A program made the position numbers and the translations under genes. 64,000 bases of DNA from an uncultured Bacteroidota bacterium. GTDB taxonomy: Bacteria; Bacteroidota; Bacteroidia; Chitinophagales; LD1. Where the stretch lies: NCBI GenBank assembly GCA_903861145.1, contig CAIOTH010000145.1, forward strand, positions 14,750-78,749, given 5' to 3'. Position 1 is the stretch's first letter. Each line of letters opens with the position of its first letter. Shown piece after piece: positions 58,421 through 64,000 of this stretch. The notes beneath the pieces are model-generated. The model worked only from the letters and a program-made list of their open reading frames with translations, ran no database searches and was not told the origin of the DNA.

Positions 58421-58520
58421 AATAGAACGCTGATTTATTATGATCATTATGATAAATACAGTGATTAATAAAATACATCATAATAAAACCATAAAAATCA
58501 TAATAAATCAGCGTTCTATT
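58421..58520. repeat. 100-bp element with perfect 24-bp terminal inverted repeats (MITE-like or long hairpin)
   Basis: AATAGAACGCTGATTTATTATGAT (58421-58444) / ATCATAATAAATCAGCGTTCTATT (58497-58520). Confidence 0.8.
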
Positions 58521-58531
58521 ATAATTGCATG

Positions 58532-59242
58532 TTATGCCGAAATAAACCTTACCAAACTTCTTTTGGCAATGGGTAGCATAGTTTCGGGTAACGGGAAGGA
58601 TTCTTTAAACTCGATGGCATAGGTAGCAGGATTTGGCAGTTGTTTGTGCTGCTCTATCAGCTTGTATTTTATTTGCTCGTAACTAGCAGTAACGCTGATG
58701 TTATAGTTAAACAGAAAACGGGTATTGATACCGCGAAAGCGCTCCTGTATATTTTCGAAAATAGTTATTTGGTAGTAGTAAACGTTTACCAGCTTTTTTA
58801 AATAGTCCGATAAAAAGAAATAGCCTTCCTCGCTGCGTAAAGGCAAAATACCTACCGGGAAAACCTCGAGTTTATCTTCAACCTCTTCATATAGTTCTTT
58901 CCCCAAACCTAGTTTCTTTTCAATTTCGGGCATGGCAAACTCAATAATGGCATCCATTTCCTTAATCAATTCATCATCCTGAAAAGCTTCTTTGTATTCT
59001 ATTTTGAATTTTTCGAAATCGATGCGCGAGATTTCTTTAGGAAAGTCTTTAGCCACAGCTACCTTTTGCTCTTTCAATAATTGCAGGCCCCTTAAATGCT
59101 CGGTCAGCTCCGAAAGGCGGGGGTATAATTTTTTCTCATCAAAGTGTTGGGCAGTTTCCTGCAAATAAGCCAGCAGGACATACTTTTTGTATTCAAAATC
59201 CATCCAACCATCGGTAAGCCAGTTTTTATCAAGTGCTGCCAT
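58532..59242 (-). CDS. Hypothetical cytoplasmic protein
   Basis: 236-aa ORF (WLTDGWMDFEYKKYVLLAYLQ...ETMLPIAKR) with its own upstream region; no recognisable motif. Confidence 0.8.
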   Translation of the reverse strand: MAALDKNWLTDGWMDFEYKKYVLLAYLQETAQHFDEKKLYPRLSELTEHLRGLQLLKEQKVAVAKDFPKEISRIDFEKFKIEYKEAFQDDELIKEMDAIIEFAMPEIEKKLGLGKELYEEVEDKLEVFPVGILPLRSEEGYFFLSDYLKKLVNVYYYQITIFENIQERFRGINTRFLFNYNISVTASYEQIKYKLIEQHKQLPNPATYAIEFKESFPLPETMLPIAKRSLVRFISA

Positions 59243-59341
59243 AAAAACCCCTTTAATTGTTTAACGGAAATTAGTGATAGTTGTTATAGCGACGAAGCCT
59301 GAATACGTAACATTTAAACGTTTTTATAATGGCTGTCTAAT

Positions 59342-61579
59342 TTACTCTTGTAATTTGACCAGTTTTCTGACAATACTATAGCCAGATTGGGTAATACGTA
59401 GCTCATAAACCGCACTTGCAATTGAACCTAAATCGACAGTGGTTTGGAGGTTATTTATTGGCACCCTAAAGATTAACCTTCCAAGCTCGTCATAAACTTC
59501 GCCTTCGCTCCCTAACCATTCCGGGCCGACGACTATTTGCCAGTTAGTGGTTGTTGGGTTAGGGAATATTTTAATGTGGTTATCGGAAAGCGAGTAGATA
59601 TTTAATTGGCCATCGGATATAACGATACATCCGTTTGAATCGGTAATCTGGACAGCATAGATGCCTGATACCGAGGCCAAATAAGTTTTTGATGTTGCAC
59701 CGGCAATTGCGGTATTGTTTAAATACCATTGGTAATCATCAGCATCACTTGCTATTAAAGTATCTCCTGAAATAGATATACTGGCGGACACTACAGTTAA
59801 AACGTGAACAGAAAAATTATCGGAAACTTCGGAGCAGTTATTTGTGGAAACGGTAACATTATAAATACCGCTGGTATGTGAGTAGATGCATAAAGATGTT
59901 TGTCCCGTGCTCCAAAGATAATTGGTAAACCCTGTTGGCGCACATAACTCTACAGAGTCGTAACTGCAAATGTTGTTTTTGTCGGACGTCAAGTTTACTT
60001 GCGAAGGAAGAACGTGAACATTAATAATGGATGATTCTATAGGTCCGCATGTGGCTGTTTGACCCGAAATGGTATAGGGTTGATTGCTATCCGGAAACAA
60101 CAGGTAGTTGTTAGAATCAATTTTGAATAGCAAGTTTTGGGGTTCTACTTTACAGTTAAATACATTTTTCAAAGTAAGAAAAACTGTATCGCCCTGACAC
60201 AAGACTGAATCAGATAATTGATATTTTATTGGCTCTGGTATGATTACAGGGCCACCAACGCAGGAGCAATCAAAAGTAAATCGCCATAAGTCACTGAACG
60301 CGAGATAACCTCCCCAAACCCAAAAATTGCCAAATTTATCTATCCATTGACAAGAGCCTGCACGGCCTGGTGGATTATTCATTAAATCCGGCACCCGATA
60401 AACACCATAATGCCCGTTGGTTGTATTACTATGAAGCTGATTCCATTCATTGTTCCTAGGGCTGTAAAGCCAAAGATCCGCAAGGGCAGAGAAATTACCA
60501 AGCGTATCGGCATATTCACCACCATATTCAATAAAGAAATTGCTTTTCCCAAAAACCTGTGGACTTTGGTTTTCAAATCTGGACATTGGCTCTTGTGTCT
60601 TAGTCCAAATACATGGTTGCTGGTAAATACCTAATGAATTTAGTGACTTTTCACCTGCTACCCAACACCACCGATGTGTTGAAGCATTATACCGCCAGAC
60701 ATCGTTGAAGGTATTTTCGTTGGCCCAATTTATTCCCCCAAATAAATAAAAATTTCCCAATGTGTCCTTCCAATGAGTATATGCGCTTCTTCCGGGTGGC
60801 AAATTGTTACTTGATTCTATATTTTTGCTGCCATAGGAGCCCACAACGTATGGCCCTTGAGGGCCGCTCATCCAAACCCATTGATTTTGCGCAATATTAA
60901 AGTACCACATATCCGAGAACCCATCACCATAACCTTCTCCTCCATATAACCAAAGGTTATCATCATCATCTACCCATGCTGCGTGTGACTCCATTCTCGC
61001 CCCTGGAGTGTTATTTGCTGAGGGCACTCCCCTTATACCGTAGACCGGAGTATCACCATCACCTATACTCTGCCCACTCATCCAAGTCCATTCATTAGTG
61101 ATTATATGATACTTCCATAAATCGCTTTGCACGTAGTTACCCATAGAATCAAAACCAACTCCACCATATAACCATAAGTCGCCTAGCGTATCTGTCCATG
61201 TTAGACTAGCAAACGCTCTACCCCCTGGGTTGTTAGAGGGGGCAGGAACTCCTTTTATGCCATAGGAGGCAATAAAATTCCAACCTTTGGACCCGTTTAC
61301 CCAAGTCCACATATTGATTTGCGGGTCATATTTCCACAAAAGATTGGAAAACCCGGAGTCTATAACTCCTCCAAACACCCAAAAATTGCCATCCAAGTCG
61401 ATCCAATTCGCGGCTTCATACGTACCAGGGGGTGTATTGTTTGCGTTTGGTACTCCTCGCACTCCATAAACTCCAACGCGATCTACCCCTTGAGGTCCGC
61501 CCATCCAAGTCCAAACACCACTTTGCGATTTACAAAGTGATGGCATAAGAGAAAGTATTAAAATCAATGCGGTTTTCAG
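59342..61579 (-). CDS. Kelch-repeat beta-propeller protein with Ig-like domain and T9SS type-A CTD
   Basis: Repeats WTWxxG...YGxxGVP...NxPGxR...W.D..G.LWLYGG...DLWKY; IKIFPNP...YDELGRL...RKLVK CTD. An in-frame CTG at 61579 gives MKTALILILSL. Confidence 0.85.
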   Translation of the reverse strand: MKTALILILSLMPSLCKSQSGVWTWMGGPQGVDRVGVYGVRGVPNANNTPPGTYEAANWIDLDGNFWVFGGVIDSGFSNLLWKYDPQINMWTWVNGSKGWNFIASYGIKGVPAPSNNPGGRAFASLTWTDTLGDLWLYGGVGFDSMGNYVQSDLWKYHIITNEWTWMSGQSIGDGDTPVYGIRGVPSANNTPGARMESHAAWVDDDDNLWLYGGEGYGDGFSDMWYFNIAQNQWVWMSGPQGPYVVGSYGSKNIESSNNLPPGRSAYTHWKDTLGNFYLFGGINWANENTFNDVWRYNASTHRWCWVAGEKSLNSLGIYQQPCIWTKTQEPMSRFENQSPQVFGKSNFFIEYGGEYADTLGNFSALADLWLYSPRNNEWNQLHSNTTNGHYGVYRVPDLMNNPPGRAGSCQWIDKFGNFWVWGGYLAFSDLWRFTFDCSCVGGPVIIPEPIKYQLSDSVLCQGDTVFLTLKNVFNCKVEPQNLLFKIDSNNYLLFPDSNQPYTISGQTATCGPIESSIINVHVLPSQVNLTSDKNNICSYDSVELCAPTGFTNYLWSTGQTSLCIYSHTSGIYNVTVSTNNCSEVSDNFSVHVLTVVSASISISGDTLIASDADDYQWYLNNTAIAGATSKTYLASVSGIYAVQITDSNGCIVISDGQLNIYSLSDNHIKIFPNPTTTNWQIVVGPEWLGSEGEVYDELGRLIFRVPINNLQTTVDLGSIASAVYELRITQSGYSIVRKLVKLQE

Positions 61580-61655
61580 GAAATTATTTGTAAGTCTAAT
61601 TTAATAAATAAAAAACATCTTGTAAGAGATGTTGCTTTACGGGGTGATGATCCAA

Positions 61656-61854
61656 TGTCATTGACTTAAGGAAACTCCCATGTGACCACCTCTGGGGTCG
61701 AATATCTTCGTTCTGGATTATTTCTATAAAGCTATGACCTCTCCGAGGTCAAATTGCTTAAGTCAATGTCAAAGGGTGGTGGTCATTTGGCCTCTTAAAT
61801 TAACTTAAAATATTGACAATCAATTTGTTGATATTTTAAAAGTGACCACCACCC
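61656..61854. repeat. Composite of two adjacent long hairpin elements containing REP-like units
   Basis: 14/15 inverted repeat 61656-61670 / 61757-61771 enclosing GACCTC-TCC-GAGGTC; 14/15 inverted repeat 61774-61788 / 61840-61854 enclosing a 13/15 inner stem. Confidence 0.75.
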
Positions 61855-61967
61855 CGCTGGAAAACCTGACATCCATCTAAAAATAAATGCACAGCAGGAA
61901 GAAGGGACTGCAGCGCTTAGGGCTTAATGGTTTCATTGTCTTTTTAATTTGCTTTACGTTTGCGCAC

Positions 61968-63368
61968 ATGAATTACAAGAAGATTGGCCTTGAGGACTTG
62001 AATTATTTTAAAAGCATATTGGCTGAGAACTCGGTTTTTGCCGATGAGGCCACGTTGGATAAATTCAGTCGTGATGAAACTGATGGGTATAGGTATTTAC
62101 CTGAAGTGGTTTTAAAGCCCAACACGGTAGAAGAGATTAGTGCTGTTATGAAGTACTGCAACCAGCAGTTAATACCGGTTTCGCCCCGCGCAGGTGGCAC
62201 CGGGCTTTCGGCAAACAGCTTGTGTGTATATGGTGGTGTAATGCTTAGCATTGAGCGCCTGAACAAGATTTTAAAAATTGATGAAAGGAACCTTCAGGTT
62301 ATAACCGAGCCTGCCGTTATTACAGAGGTATTGCAAACTACATTGCAGGAAAAAGGGTTGTTCTATCCACCGGATCCTTCTAGTCGAGGCAGTTGTTTTA
62401 TTGGTGGTAATGTTGCCTGCAATAGCGGTGGGCCAAGGGCCGTAAAGTATGGTGTGGTAAAAGACTTTGTTTTAAACTTAGAAGTGGTTTTACCAAACGG
62501 CGATGTAATCTGGACCGGCGCCAATACACTTAAAAACTCCACCGGCTACAACCTTACTCAGTTGCTGGTAGGTAGCGAGGGGACACTCGGCATCATTACC
62601 AAAATTGTGTTCAGGCTATTGCCTTATCCAAAATTTAACAACATTATGCTGGCACCTTTTACCAGTATGGATGAGGCCAGTGCTGCTGTATCGGCGGTTT
62701 TCAGGGCGGGTATTATTCCTTCGTGTATTGAGTTTATGGAGCGCGAGGCTATTGAGTATGTAATGAACTTTTTGGGTGACGTAACCATACCTTTGGCTGA
62801 TGATACCCGTGCAACCTTGTTGATTGAAGTGGATGGTAACGACATGGAGAATATCCAGAAAGATTGCGAGCGCATTTATGAAGTGCTATCGCAGTTTGAG
62901 GTAGGTGAGATTTTGTTTGCCGATAGCGAGGCGCAAAAGGCAGATTTATGGCGCATGCGCAGAAACATTGCCTACGCCGTTAAAAAAACCAACATGACGG
63001 TTGAAGAAGATACCGTTGTGCCCCGCGCCGATTTGCCCGAACTACTAACGCATATAAAAGCAGTAGGTAAAAAATACAATTTCCGCTCGGTGTGCTATGG
63101 GCATGCAGGTGACGGTAATGTACATGTGCGCATTTTAAAAGATGAGTTGACCGATGATTACTGGACCAATGAAGTGCCCAAAGGCATTCGGGAGATATTT
63201 GAAAAGGTGGTGGCCTTAGGAGGCACTATTTCGGGCGAGCACGGTATTGGACGGATACAGATTCCGTATATGGATATTAAATTCAGAGAGTTGCAGTTGG
63301 ATTTAATGCGGAATATTAAAAAGGTGTTCGATCCTAACTCAATCCTTAACCCAGGCAAGATATTTTAG
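61968..63368 (+). CDS. FAD-linked oxidase, GlcD/D-lactate or D-2-hydroxyglutarate dehydrogenase-like
   Basis: PRAGGTGLS, YPPDPSS, IGGNVACNSGG, VGSEGTLGIIT, GHAGDGNVH, SGEHGIG, LNPGKIF. Start trimmed to ATG 61968. Confidence 0.92.
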   Translation: MNYKKIGLEDLNYFKSILAENSVFADEATLDKFSRDETDGYRYLPEVVLKPNTVEEISAVMKYCNQQLIPVSPRAGGTGLSANSLCVYGGVMLSIERLNKILKIDERNLQVITEPAVITEVLQTTLQEKGLFYPPDPSSRGSCFIGGNVACNSGGPRAVKYGVVKDFVLNLEVVLPNGDVIWTGANTLKNSTGYNLTQLLVGSEGTLGIITKIVFRLLPYPKFNNIMLAPFTSMDEASAAVSAVFRAGIIPSCIEFMEREAIEYVMNFLGDVTIPLADDTRATLLIEVDGNDMENIQKDCERIYEVLSQFEVGEILFADSEAQKADLWRMRRNIAYAVKKTNMTVEEDTVVPRADLPELLTHIKAVGKKYNFRSVCYGHAGDGNVHVRILKDELTDDYWTNEVPKGIREIFEKVVALGGTISGEHGIGRIQIPYMDIKFRELQLDLMRNIKKVFDPNSILNPGKIF

Positions 63369-63476
63369 GGTCCAAAGGCGCTTTTAACGTTTCACACCCT
63401 TTAACTTTTACGCATAAAGAACTTGTGTAAAATAACTTATCTTGCCTGTCGTTTAATGGTCTAAACATTTTATCAA

Positions 63477-64000
63477 GTGAGGAAACTTCTTTTACTAATA
63501 GCGTTTTTTGCCTTTACAGGTAATGCCTTGTTTGCGCAGGATGATGAGCTGCCACCCCCTACCAGTAAACCTAAAACCGATAATAACCAGCCTACGCCCG
63601 GCAATACCACACCACCTAACACAAATAACGGGAACGATTTTCAGGGCTTTTCAAAACCTAAAAAACTAGACCTCTCTAAATTTATTATTGAGCCCGATTT
63701 CAATTTGGGCTTTGGTGGTAACGAAATTGATTTGGGCTTATCGCCTTATGTAGGTTATAATGTTTGGAAGGATCTTTATTTAGGTGGAGGTATTACTTAC
63801 TTGTATACCGGTTATAGAAACATCCAGTTTCAGGATGCATCGGGCCGCACCTATTACGCAAACGCCAATGCCAATACTTACGGTGGCGGTGTTTTTGCCC
63901 AATACAATATCTGGCATGGCTTTTTTGCCCGTGTAAAGATTGAGGTTTTACACCGAGATATGGATGATTTAGGCAGCAATAACATCAGCATCCAACTAAA
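63477..64000 (+). CDS. Outer-membrane beta-barrel protein, 3'-truncated by the window edge
   Basis: Not in the ORF track. GTG at 63477 opens MRKLLLLIAFFAFTGNALFAQDDELPPP..., then a P/T/N-rich linker and amphipathic strands (GLSPYVGYNV, LYLGGGITYLY, GGGVFAQYNI); open to the end. Confidence 0.82.
   Translation, partial: MRKLLLLIAFFAFTGNALFAQDDELPPPTSKPKTDNNQPTPGNTTPPNTNNGNDFQGFSKPKKLDLSKFIIEPDFNLGFGGNEIDLGLSPYVGYNVWKDLYLGGGITYLYTGYRNIQFQDASGRTYYANANANTYGGGVFAQYNIWHGFFARVKIEVLHRDMDDLGSNNISIQL

Noticed and set aside
1-64000. Prophage, integrase, transposase, defence system, rRNA or tRNA
   Set aside because: None of the ORFs or intergenic segments shows the corresponding motifs.

Overview
64-kb chromosomal window from a Bacteroidota bacterium. 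The assignment rests on type IX secretion cargo, a PorP/SprF barrel, a TonB-dependent receptor and TAnnTTTG-type promoters. It is mostly intact core and envelope genes: pdxH, thiL, mreBCD-mrdA-rodA, gltA, icmF, a split transketolase, an ECF sigma/anti-sigma/Spy-like cluster and recQ, with about 50 CDS in all, one truncated at each edge. I found no rRNA, tRNA, CRISPR array, transposase or integrase. The most unusual signal is non-coding. Two diverged copies of a ~300-bp element lie 30 kb apart in opposite orientation (2133-2445 on +, 32761-33053 on -). They share a 21/22-nt block beginning inside a promoter-like box and a 115-nt ungapped block (79/115 identical by hand count). That block holds three direct repeats at identical spacing, whose core is GTTTAC in all three units of one copy and GTATAC in all three of the other. 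The intergenic DNA also carries several REP/MITE-like repeat families. Notable coding features are an OmpA-type protein with a collagen-like spacer, two vWA paralogues between the transketolase halves, and an anti-sigma with a triplicated 43-aa module. Also notable are a PPP-ending gene plus switchable hairpin before a TonB receptor, a GS-like/ethanolamine-permease pair and a steroid-5-alpha-reductase/SDR operon. All annotation is from motif recognition; no searches were run.
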